Assembly: GCA_027923505.1 (NCBI GenBank) | Contig: BROI01000001.1 | Coordinates: 1,798,001 to 1,862,000, forward strand | Length of the DNA stretch: 64,000 nucleotides | Direction of reading: 5' to 3' | Origin: Mayamaea pseudoterrestris | Taxonomy: Eukaryota | Part shown: in pieces, positions 54,307 through 64,000 of the stretch | How the letters are laid out: every line of letters begins with the position of its first letter | How positions within the stretch are numbered: position 1 is the stretch's first letter | Notes under the pieces: model-generated | Seen by the model: the letters and a program-made list of their open reading frames with translations, nothing else | The model's database searches: none | What the model was told of the DNA's origin: nothing | Translations under genes and position numbers: made by a program

Positions 54307-56055
54307 ATGCGACGGACACTTGCGAAATCCATCCTGTGTCTAACTGTCGTCTGGTCGACTGCCACACAGCACCTTGACTGTGTCGTTGCTTCAAGTACTA
54401 CTGCACCATCAAGCAATACTGCACCTACTACGTTATCCATCCGTCAAAGAGTTCATTCACGAGGAGGAGCCTCGACTGCAGCATCTGCAGTCATGGTTTC
54501 GCCATCACCGGCTACTGCATCATCATCACTATCAGTATTCACACGCGCCCGCCAGACAATCTTTCCCATTTACGGCCACGAAATACGCAAGTTTTTTCTC
54601 CTTGGATCCATCAAGTTTTTCATCATTTTGGCCCTCACGTTGACGCGCGACACCAAGGACACGTTGGTGGTGACGCAGTGCGGCGCCGAAGCCATTGCCT
54701 TTTTGAAAATTTATGGGGTGCTTCCGGCGGCGACGCTCTTCATTGCGTTCTACAGTAAACTGTCGGATCGGTTAGACAAGACGACGTTGTTTTATGTCAC
54801 ATGCGTTCCATTCTTTTGCTTCTTTCAAGCGTTTGACTGGTTTCTATATCCGAATGCTCATAAAGTGCAGCCGTCGCTAGAGACGGTGCAAGCGTGGTTT
54901 GGATTGACAGCAGCAACCACTGGCGGCACGGCCGTCTTGTGCAAGATCATTGCCAATTGGACGTCGGCCGTCTTTTACATATTGTCGGAAATATACTCGA
55001 GCGTTTCGGTGGGACTACTGTTTTGGCAGTACGCCAACGATGTGGTTCCCATGCAGCAGGCCAAGCGCTTCTATCCACTGTTTGCGCAAATGAGTGGACT
55101 GGCGCCCGTCCTGGCGGGCCAGTACGTTGTCAAGTATGCCAGTCGGGCCGAAGATTTTGAAGAGTCGCTGCATCGATTGACGGCGGCGGTGAGTTTCAGT
55201 GGTTGCGCCATTTGTGTCTTTTACTACTTGAGTAATGCGTATGTGGAGCGAATGAAGATTGTGGAAGGTGCAGCGGCAAGTGGAGGAAAGGCGTCTATAA
55301 CCACAAAGGAAGCGGACGCATCGCTGCAGCAGCAAACCAAAAAGAAGAAGAAGAAACCGAAAATGTCCATGGCCGAGTCGGCCAAATTCTTGGCGCAGAG
55401 TCAATATCTCCGGCTCATTGCCACCCTGGTACTGGGATATGGTTTGAGCATTAACTTTACGGAAATCATGTGGAAGTCATTGGTCAAGAAGCAATATCCA
55501 AATCCACTCGACTACCAGCGCTTCATGGGCAACTTTAGTTCCGCCGTTGGCTTGAGCACTTGCATTGTCATTTTCTTTGGCGTGCACGTGATTCGAATAC
55601 TGGGATGGCGCATCGGAGCCATTGCCACACCTGCCATTATGGCGCTACTGGCGGCGCCATTCTTTGGTTGCATTCTACTTGGTTTGGACAGTCCGACGCG
55701 ACTATCTGTCGCCGTCTTGTTTGGAACGATACAGAGTCTGCTGAGTAAAACGTTCAAGTACGCACTCTTTGATCCGACGACGCAAATGGCGTACATTCCA
55801 TTGGACGACGAATCCAAAGTCAAGGGCAAGGCTGCCATTGACGTTTTGGGATCGCGCATTGGCAAGAGCGGGGGGTCGCTCATTCAGCAAGGCTTGGTGG
55901 TATTCTTTGGCAACATTATATCGGCGGCGCCCGTCGTTGGCGTCATTTTCTACACGGTCCTACTGACATGGATTGGTGCAGCGAATCGATTGAGCGGCTT
56001 GTTTCATGCGCAAACCGAAATGGACAAGGCGGCGCGCATGGAAAAGGAAAAGTGA
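54307..56055 (+). CDS. NTT: TLC/NTT nucleotide transporter, duplicate copy
   Basis: Translation identical to 34362-36110. Confidence 0.9.
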   Translation: MRRTLAKSILCLTVVWSTATQHLDCVVASSTTAPSSNTAPTTLSIRQRVHSRGGASTAASAVMVSPSPATASSSLSVFTRARQTIFPIYGHEIRKFFLLGSIKFFIILALTLTRDTKDTLVVTQCGAEAIAFLKIYGVLPAATLFIAFYSKLSDRLDKTTLFYVTCVPFFCFFQAFDWFLYPNAHKVQPSLETVQAWFGLTAATTGGTAVLCKIIANWTSAVFYILSEIYSSVSVGLLFWQYANDVVPMQQAKRFYPLFAQMSGLAPVLAGQYVVKYASRAEDFEESLHRLTAAVSFSGCAICVFYYLSNAYVERMKIVEGAAASGGKASITTKEADASLQQQTKKKKKKPKMSMAESAKFLAQSQYLRLIATLVLGYGLSINFTEIMWKSLVKKQYPNPLDYQRFMGNFSSAVGLSTCIVIFFGVHVIRILGWRIGAIATPAIMALLAAPFFGCILLGLDSPTRLSVAVLFGTIQSLLSKTFKYALFDPTTQMAYIPLDDESKVKGKAAIDVLGSRIGKSGGSLIQQGLVVFFGNIISAAPVVGVIFYTVLLTWIGAANRLSGLFHAQTEMDKAARMEKEK

Positions 56056-56235
56056 CTCATTGGGCGTGTATTGTAAAAAAGCTAACGATAACGCGAGACG
56101 CTAGAATGTATGTAAAAAGGGTGGTGCACAGGTGCTGCACTTTGCTGAACTGAATGTTAGATACTTTGTTAAACCAAAAATAGGTACTTTGTTAAACAAA
56201 AAAAATCATGATTATTGTTCAAAAAGACTATGCAT

Positions 56236-57544
56236 TTACTCCTTTGGTGGTTCCATGTAAAAGTACTTTTTGGCTTCTTCGTCGTTGCGCAACTCGGCAA
56301 TCCGCTTCATGTCATCCTCCGAGATTTCGAACTCGTACGCTGCTAAATTCTCTCGCATATGCTTTGGATTGCCCGTGCCAGGAATGACTGCCGCTCCTTT
56401 CTGGATGGCCCATCGAAGCATGATCTGCGCCACAGTCTTGTTGTAGCTTTCACTCAGTTCCGACAAGACCACTGTCGACTCGGCCTTGGACTTTTGCAAA
56501 AAGCCACCAAGACTCGCGTACGCGGTGACGGCAATGTTTTGCTCCTGGCAGTACTCAAACGTTTCCACCTGATAGTCTGGCGCCCACGGATTATACGTGA
56601 TTTGGTTGACTGCAATTGGTGACGGCAATTTCATTTCCTGCAGCTCCTGCAAGTGGTGTTTGCCAAAGTTGGAAACGCCAATGTTTCTCAACAAGCCTTG
56701 CTGTCGCAATTCGTCAAGTGCCCGCCACGTTTCCTCCCGACATTGTTTGTTGCTTAGCTTCTTTTCGGAACATTCGCTGCTCTTGATGGATGGCATGAGC
56801 ATGCCAGCTGGTGCATGCATTAGCAACAAGTCAATATAGTCCACTCCAAGTTCCTTTAAAAAGGTTGGAACAAGCTGCTTGGTAGTTTCGTAGCCGAACA
56901 TGCGCGGCCAATGCTTGGATGTCACAAAGATTTCCTCCCGAGCAATGCCGCGCTCCTGAGCCTCCTGAATGCCATGACCAACCGCTTTATGGTTCAGATA
57001 GATATGGGCCGTGTCAATCAAGCGACCGCCGAGCATCAAATACCAGAGCGTGGTACGCTTGACAAGTTCATCGTCGTAGGCTAATATGCGGGGGTTGAAA
57101 CAAGGAAAGAAGGAGGCTTGAGGTGAGTGTTTTCTGTTTCCATTGACTTCCAAACGAATTTAACCAGAAGATCATAAAAGCGCCGCTTCATCTCTCTCTC
57201 TCTCTCTCACTCTCTCGTTTAAACATACCAGTCGGTCGACAGCACATTCCTAGTCCATTCATTGGCATGCGCTGTCCAAAGGGCAAGTCTAAAAACATTT
57301 CGTGCTCGGGCCGCTCATGCGGCATGAGTTTCTCGGGCACTGGCTCAACTCCACTCATTCGTCCATGCCCAATGATTGTAGCTGGAAGCTTGAAGCTCAG
57401 GAGAGGAAAGATTGTAGCAAAAAAGATGCCTTCAGCTGGTCCTTGCTTTGACTGAATCAACCATCCGATAGTTATTGCGAGGAAAATGACCGCAACCGAA
57501 ACGAGACCACCCAGGATTCTTATGATTCTGCCGAAAATAGTCAT
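56236..57544 (-). CDS. Aldo/keto reductase, duplicate copy
   Basis: Translation identical to 36291-37599. Confidence 0.88.
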
Positions 57545-57841
57545 GCTAATGGGCTACTGACTGTATTAATAGCCAAGTGAGCAAGAAGTGAGTGCAAGTA
57601 GACAGTCGTTGCTGTTTTGTTGCACTTGTGTGATGGATTGTCGAAGGCAATGGAGATTGTTCCTGGAAGGAGATCCGAATGGAACGATTGAATCTACGTC
57701 GTACCGGTACATGAAATCGTCCTTATCGTACCGGTACTTCTAGTACGTCGTAGATAGAATGGAGACACTAGTAGCTAAAAAATCGGCACATTCCACTCTT
57801 TCCTGATGCATCCAATACTAAGATTCGAAGGTATAAATGCT

Positions 57842-59071
57842 TTACAATCGACTACGAGTAGTAGGTTCCACTTCAATTAACGCCGCGGCTCCCATGCCAG
57901 TCCCAATGCACATGCTCACAACACCATATCTAGCGTTTCGTCGATGCATCTCGGGAAGCAGCGTGGCAATCATGCGCGCCCCCGTCGCTCCCAGTGGGTG
58001 GCCAAGCGCAATGGCGCCGCCGTTGGGATTCACTTTAAGCGCATCGAGCCCAAGTTCGTCAATGCACCACGTTGCTTGACTGGCAAACGCTTCGTTGATT
58101 TCAAATACATCAATCTCCGACATTTTCACGTTTACTTGCCGCAATAATTTTGGAATCGCCACGGCTGGTCCTATACCCATGATACCAGGAGGAACGCTGG
58201 CAGTGACGTAGCCTCTCCAGACTCCTTGAACCTCCAAGTTTAGTTGGCGCGCCTTGCGTCGCGTCATCAATAAGACTGCGGCGGCCCCATCCGTTGTTTG
58301 CGAAGAGTTACCCGCCGTAGTACTTCCCGTAGGAAGAAATGCAGGCTTCAGTTTCGACAAAGACGCCAGAGACGATGAAGCTCGAATGCCATCATCTTTA
58401 GAGACTGTTCCGACACTGACAATCTCCGCGTCAAACTTGCCGCTCGCTTGCGCTCTGGCAGCCTTTTGATGAGACGCGGCGGCAAATTCATCCAGTACAT
58501 GACGCTCCAGCCCATACTTGCGTGCCACGTTTTCACTCGTCAATCCCATTGGTAGTAGACAGTCCATGGCATGCTGACTCTGAGCATTATCATTTGGACA
58601 TGTTGCTTCCAAGTCGATGACATTCTTTGGAAACGTCATTTTGTTCATGGGAGTCAAACTCATGGACTCGACGCCAGCGCCAATGCCAATTTGAATTTCG
58701 CCAGCGCGAATGGCATTGGCCACGTGCGCGACGGCTTGGAGTCCACTGGCGCACTGGCGATTGACGGTTTGGAACGAACATGAATCCACGCTTTGGTGGA
58801 GCGCCGCGAGTTGCGCCATGCGCAGAGCGCTAAACGCCGCTGGAGGAAGCAAGACGTTGCCGACGCAAACGTCTTCGACTATGACTTTTTGAGAGTTGTC
58901 GTTATTGTCGTTGCTATTGCATTTTTGGATCACTCCCCGGAGGACCGTCGCCAGCAAGGTGGCTGGAGGAACTTGGGCGAGTCCTCCCTTAAGTGATCGC
59001 GTCAATGGCGTTCGAACCGCCGCCACAATGACAATGTCGTCATCACTGCTAGGTTGATGAGGAGGCATCAT
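57842..59071 (-). CDS. Peroxisomal 3-ketoacyl-CoA thiolase, duplicate copy
   Basis: Translation identical to 37897-39126. Confidence 0.9.
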   Translation of the reverse strand: MMPPHQPSSDDDIVIVAAVRTPLTRSLKGGLAQVPPATLLATVLRGVIQKCNSNDNNDNSQKVIVEDVCVGNVLLPPAAFSALRMAQLAALHQSVDSCSFQTVNRQCASGLQAVAHVANAIRAGEIQIGIGAGVESMSLTPMNKMTFPKNVIDLEATCPNDNAQSQHAMDCLLPMGLTSENVARKYGLERHVLDEFAAASHQKAARAQASGKFDAEIVSVGTVSKDDGIRASSSLASLSKLKPAFLPTGSTTAGNSSQTTDGAAAVLLMTRRKARQLNLEVQGVWRGYVTASVPPGIMGIGPAVAIPKLLRQVNVKMSEIDVFEINEAFASQATWCIDELGLDALKVNPNGGAIALGHPLGATGARMIATLLPEMHRRNARYGVVSMCIGTGMGAAALIEVEPTTRSRL

Positions 59072-59252
59072 TATAGTATGTTGGGAAACAATTGAATATG
59101 TTGAGGAGGTAGAAGGGTAGTAGATATTGTGGTCTTGGACACACTTTTGGGATCAGGGAACGAACGAATGATGCAGATCGCGTGGCGCGGCAACCGCGAC
59201 GACACGCGTGAGACCCGGTACTCACTTATCACCAGTGCGACTAATAAGGTTG

Positions 59253-62200
59253 TGATACGTCGGGTGGTTAAAATGAAATTATGAGCTCTTTTATCCATCG
59301 ACAACTATACTAATAAACGTGAGCTACAGCTCCAAATGTTTAGTCGTGGGCGTTGGCCCGTGGCAACGCCAATTTAGATAGCTATTGGGCGAATAGCTAA
59401 ATCTGAAGTTGAGAAGCCCGCCCGTTCCAACGCTATGTCGCAACGGTACGGATCTTTCACTCTCCCCCACCAGAGGAAGCGCTTCTTAGTGTAGCTGAAG
59501 TTGCTTACTATTATTGACAGCCCTCCTTGTTATTGCAAGGAGCGCTCTATTTAGGAAGCATCCTGGGGAAGTCATAAACCCTTGGGTGATTCTACGATCG
59601 ATACGGTTTCAACCGTTTGATGTTGATTCTGTCCGTCACCCATGGCGTGAGGCGGACTGTAACTGTTCCATTAACATGGACTGCTGTTATTGTATAAGGG
59701 CCGATCCATCGCTCTTGTAGCTTGTCAGGATTGGCAACTTTAACGAGCACTCGCTCGTTCACTTTGTAGTCGTAATTGAGGCGCCGTTGATTGGCTCGCA
59801 ACAAGGTGTCATTGATGATCGCTTCTCTATTCTTAGTGAGCGCCATTATATCCGCTATCAACGGTATATCCAAGAACATGTCTCTTTGAAAGACTAATGC
59901 GCCTGGACTCAGGTTGCTTAGTGAGCGATGAGCTGCTGCTCTTGTAGCATGCATTGCTGTTGCTAGCGCCGACTCAATAACATGAGTTGCTTCGACTTGT
60001 GGTTGTTGAGGTGGTTGAGGATTCCATTGGTTTAATGTTGTTCTTAACACGTTAGCAACGGTCAGATGCATCCTTTCACAAATAGCATTTGCTGTTGGAT
60101 TCTTTATGGAGGTTGGTCGAGGAACGATTCCATTCCTGAGCAACAAGGCACGAAACTCGCCTTTGAACTCCTGTCCTCTGTCATGAATGACTCTCACTGG
60201 CTTGGGATACCTTGCTAGCCAGGTGTTTTCGAATAGCTGCGCGATTCGTTGTGTCGTTTTGGTGTCGTAGTAAACAAGCTCGACGAGATTGGTTACTGTA
60301 TCAATCATTGTTAATGCTTGGAAGACGTACTCGACGTTATCCTTCTTGAAGGACCACGGTCCTATTAAATCAACTTGTATTTCATACCAAGGAGCCTCTC
60401 TGAGGTCCCGGATTGGGAGTTGTCCATATTGATGGCCGCCACCAGCTTTGTATCTTTGGCAAGCGTCACATTTGCCGACAATAGCTGCTATTGCCGTCCG
60501 GATCCCCGGGTGGAAGAAGTGCTGGTTAATTGTTGCTTCAAGCTTTGTAATCCCTGCGTGGGATAGCGTCAAGTGATACCATTTAACAAGCCGTTCAAGC
60601 ATGCTGGTAGGAATACAAATACGCCACGCGTGTGGATTCCCTTGGGCTCTTGTTCCTCCCCAACCAAGGGAGACGAGCGAGGTGTTGGCGTTCTCGACAG
60701 CGCATCGGCAAGTCGATTGTGTTCTCCCTTCTTGTAGAAGAATTGGGGACCATATTCTTCTAGATATAGCCTCCAGCGCAAGACTCTTTGCGTTTGGTAA
60801 GTGGTTAACTCATACGTGAGGTTGCGGTGATCGGTGTGAATCCGTATCTCGGCACCCGAACATCAACACGAGTCTTCAATGTCTCTACGATGCTGAGTAG
60901 TTCCTTTTCAATGGTGGTGTAGTTCCTTTGCGCCGCTGTCAGCTTGCGGGAATAGTAGGCGACTGGCACGCCATTCTGTAGTATTACTGCTCCTAGTTGA
61001 TAGTCAGATGCGTCTGCTTCAATGTCAAAGGGCAAGTTGTGGTCTGGATAGTGGAGCAACGCGTCGGTTGCAACCATTGCTTTCATTTGCTCGAATGCTG
61101 TTTGATGCTCTGGTAGCCATTTGAATTTCTCGTACCTGTTATGACGTTAAAGGGCCAGTATATCAGTACCCCATGTTTCTGTAGTATGTAACTAATCCAA
61201 TGAAGGATCGCCTGTCTTGGGTTGGCGGCCCCATATCGAGGATTGCCTGTACCTTCTTTCGCCATGGCTTTAAACCCGTCGGTGTAAGCCAATAGCCAAG
61301 CCAGTCTGTTTCTTTGACTGCCCACTCACACTTTAGTGGGTTAATGGTGAAGCCGGCGTCTTCCAGCCTCTTTAAGACGCGCTCGAGTAGCGTTAAGTGC
61401 TCGTTCAGTTCGCACTGAAGCAACCGACATCTCCGAGTTACTTTTTCAATGTCTTCTATACCTTTCAAGACTTTTTCCATTATCTCCTGAGCAACATCAG
61501 GCGACTGGTTGACGCCCATTGGCATCCTGATGTATTTGTAGAGGCCAAAGCGGCGTCGTTGTGCAGAGTGCCGCTTATATCGTCCATTCAACGTGTAATA
61601 TTGCATGCTTATATCAAGTTTCGTAAAGAACTCGTATCCTTTGCGCCTTGCAAGGATCTCTTGTATCTTTGGCAGACGTAGAGGGCGCTTGAAAACTTTA
61701 TTGAGCGCGCGCAAAATCGTATAAACGAACCGGATTATCCTTCTTGGGGATGATGAACGTGGGCGCTGCCCATTCGCTTCTCCCTGTTGGCTCCAGGACT
61801 CCTATGCTTACGAGTCTATCAAGTTCATTCTTGAACGTTTGTTCGTGGACCCTTGGAACGGGGTAGTGCCTCTTGTGGACTGGCTTCGCGTCCTTTTTGA
61901 TTTCGATGTGGATTTTCTCGCCTTTGTAATGGCCGAGCTTGCCGCTGAATAGCTTTTTAACCGTAGTAGAAGCTCTTTCAAGTCCTCTTGTTTATCTTTA
62001 TCAAGATGAGTAGCTTTTTGACAACATCGTTGATGTCCACTTTATCGTACTTGGCGGCTTGGATTTCAGTCACGATGTGACCATCGTCGGACGTCGGATC
62101 ATAAACGGACGTTAAGTAGCAGTTAATCAACGCCTCTTTCAATTCTTTTGGTCGTCGACCATTCAATTGTGTCATGTTAATGAAGGGGACTGCGTCGCCA

Positions 62201-64000
62201 TCCCATATGATCTCATTGCGCTTAAAGTCAAGCGTCATGCCTAGTTGCTGCATCAGTTTGCGGCCAATGATCATGTCATATCGTATGTCTTGCGTGTATA
62301 CGTGAGCCTCAATCTTGTCGACTCGTTTTGATTGCGAAAAGTCGGGTAACGTTGAATCCATAAGGTCAATCTTTTGAGCGCTTTCCATCTTTCCCATTAA
62401 GGTATGTGATATCATTCGCGCTGTAGTTTTCCTTTGGATCGTTGGATTCAATACTCGTTGGCTGATCCAGGAGCTTGTTGAGCCCGTGTCGAGGAGCGCT
62501 GTCAATGCCTTCTTCATTGGCGTTCCGTTCATCTTGCCTACTAATAGTAACACTATGGGCACATGGTCATCAACCCTTTCATTATCAATGTTATCTATCT
62601 GATTTACTTGAGCGTTTTCAACTGCTAAAGACTCGGCGGGTCTTTCTCATTCTTCTTTCTTTTCATCCTCCATTTCGTCATCGTTAATATCGAGCGACTC
62701 GAGTTCTTCTTCAAGATCTTCGATCCCAATGTCTTCCATATGGTGTGGCTCTTCGTCCGCTTCCATTGGTTCATCTCCATCCTCCTCTTCGGAAGGCATC
62801 TCTTCATCCTTTGTCTCTTGTTTGGATTCTTCAATGACGTGTTGATCTTCATCGTCGTTGGATTCGCTGTCGTATGCGACATCGTCGATAGCGTGGCGAT
62901 CGTTGTTATTGTTGTTGCTCCTTGAAGAATTCTTCTTCGAGCTAACCTTTGTCCATCTTACCTTCTTCTTTGCAGGATCCTTGTCTTCTTCTTCTTCCTC
63001 GTCTTCAACGCGGTAAGGGTTCTCAGGGCAATGGATCCACAGATGGTTATGTCCTGGTTTGTAACAACGAACGTTGCTGCGGCGTGAGTTGAAGCCTCGG
63101 CCTCCGTTGCCTCTGCCTCCATTGCCTCGACGGCCTCTTCCTTGTGCTGCGCGAGCACGGTAGTTGTCTTCGGCGTCCGTCTTGTTGCGGCGCTTGCGCT
63201 GAGTCTCTTCTTGAGCGCAGCGGCGAGCTGTCTCTCGGATCTCGTCACGTTGAAGCTTGTCGAAATACTTGCATAGCTCTGCTACCTCCATATCTTGGTA
63301 ACTGACGTGTGGCATCGCGTTCAGCGTCTGCTGGTGCTTGGCAGGTTGCTTGGTAAACATCCAATTGCGAATCTGCACTTGGGTGAAGATGTCATCGTTC
63401 ACATCGGGGTTGCCTGTACGAGGAAACCACTTGGTAAGCTTGTGGATCATGTCAAAGCGTTGCTTAAACTCGCTTGTCGACTTGGAGAAGGGCTTCGGGG
63501 CAGTCTCCAAGTAAGTCTTTTGCTCAACGAAATCTTCGTCGGTGGTCATGTAAAGCAGGAGCCATTCTCGTTGGCATCTGCCGACGGCGGTGACACGCGC
63601 CTGGACGTTGCCTTGAGCCAAAGGATTGATCGTGGCGACGATTCCATCAAAGGCGTCCTTAAAGACCTCTCCGAGCATCTGTCGAAAGGTGTTAATGAGC
63701 TCAACTGGGTTGTTCACAATGTTGAGTACCTTGGCGGCCTCGCCATGGTTGACAATCGTGCGGATGAGAACCTCCGGGTCTTGTACATCGCAACGATGAG
63801 CCTTGTACTTGCGGCCGTTTCCGTAGATGGTGACACTTGGCAAGTCTTCGTACACATGCCATGGTTTGAAGGGTATCGGGACGTCGTCGTCGTCCTTCAT
63901 GGTGATGGGATGCTTGCTTTTCTTAACTTGATTTCCAACTGGTTCTGAATTCAGAGTGATACGTCGGGTGGTTAAAATGAAATTATGAGCTCTTTTATCC
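59253..64000 (-). mobile_element. Duplicate copy of the Ty3/Gypsy element (5' LTR starts at 63957 and is cut by the window)
   Basis: Same flank and GGTTG (59248-59252), 3' LTR 59253-59459, same frameshifts. It was copied with the segment and is not an independent insertion. Confidence 0.95.

Larger units (their letters stand above)
53169..64000. repeat. Second copy of 33224-44055, running off the window
   Basis: Constant offset of 19,945; one substitution seen (40926 C vs 60871 A). Confidence 0.95.

Noticed and set aside
59253..64000. Second independent retrotransposon insertion
   Set aside because: Flanking DNA and TSD are identical to the first copy; it is part of the duplicated segment.
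1..64000. CRISPR arrays, operons or prokaryotic defence systems
   Set aside because: The sequence is intron-containing eukaryotic DNA with no repeat-spacer arrays or such genes.

Overview
Gene-dense eukaryotic nuclear DNA with short GT-AG introns. Gene content and targeting signals (signal peptide plus Phe plastid presequences, TLC/NTT transporter, BioD-BioA fusion, class I fumarase, PTS1-bearing thiolase) suggest a diatom; this is inference and no species is assigned. About 27 distinct host protein-coding genes are supported, including a two-exon NOP10 missing from the ORF track and a two-exon globin-fold gene only partly covered by it. A 4.9-kb Ty3/Gypsy LTR retrotransposon (39308-44218, minus strand) has 207-bp LTRs differing at one site and a GGTTG target-site duplication. 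It sits between the divergent thiolase and phosphagen kinase genes. Its gag and pol are in frame but separated by a single UGA, a 12-bp palindrome stands where a tRNA primer-binding site is expected, and RT/RNase H is frameshifted. From 53169 to the window end the sequence repeats 33224-44055 at a constant offset of 19,945 bp (one substitution seen), starting inside the fumarase intron; this is either a recent tandem duplication or an assembly artefact. Other candidates worth following up are a secreted RXL-flanked Cys-hairpin peptide precursor, a globin lacking both heme histidines and a recurring TACCGGTA palindrome. All calls were made by eye, with no database searches, and I cannot claim a confirmed new biological system.
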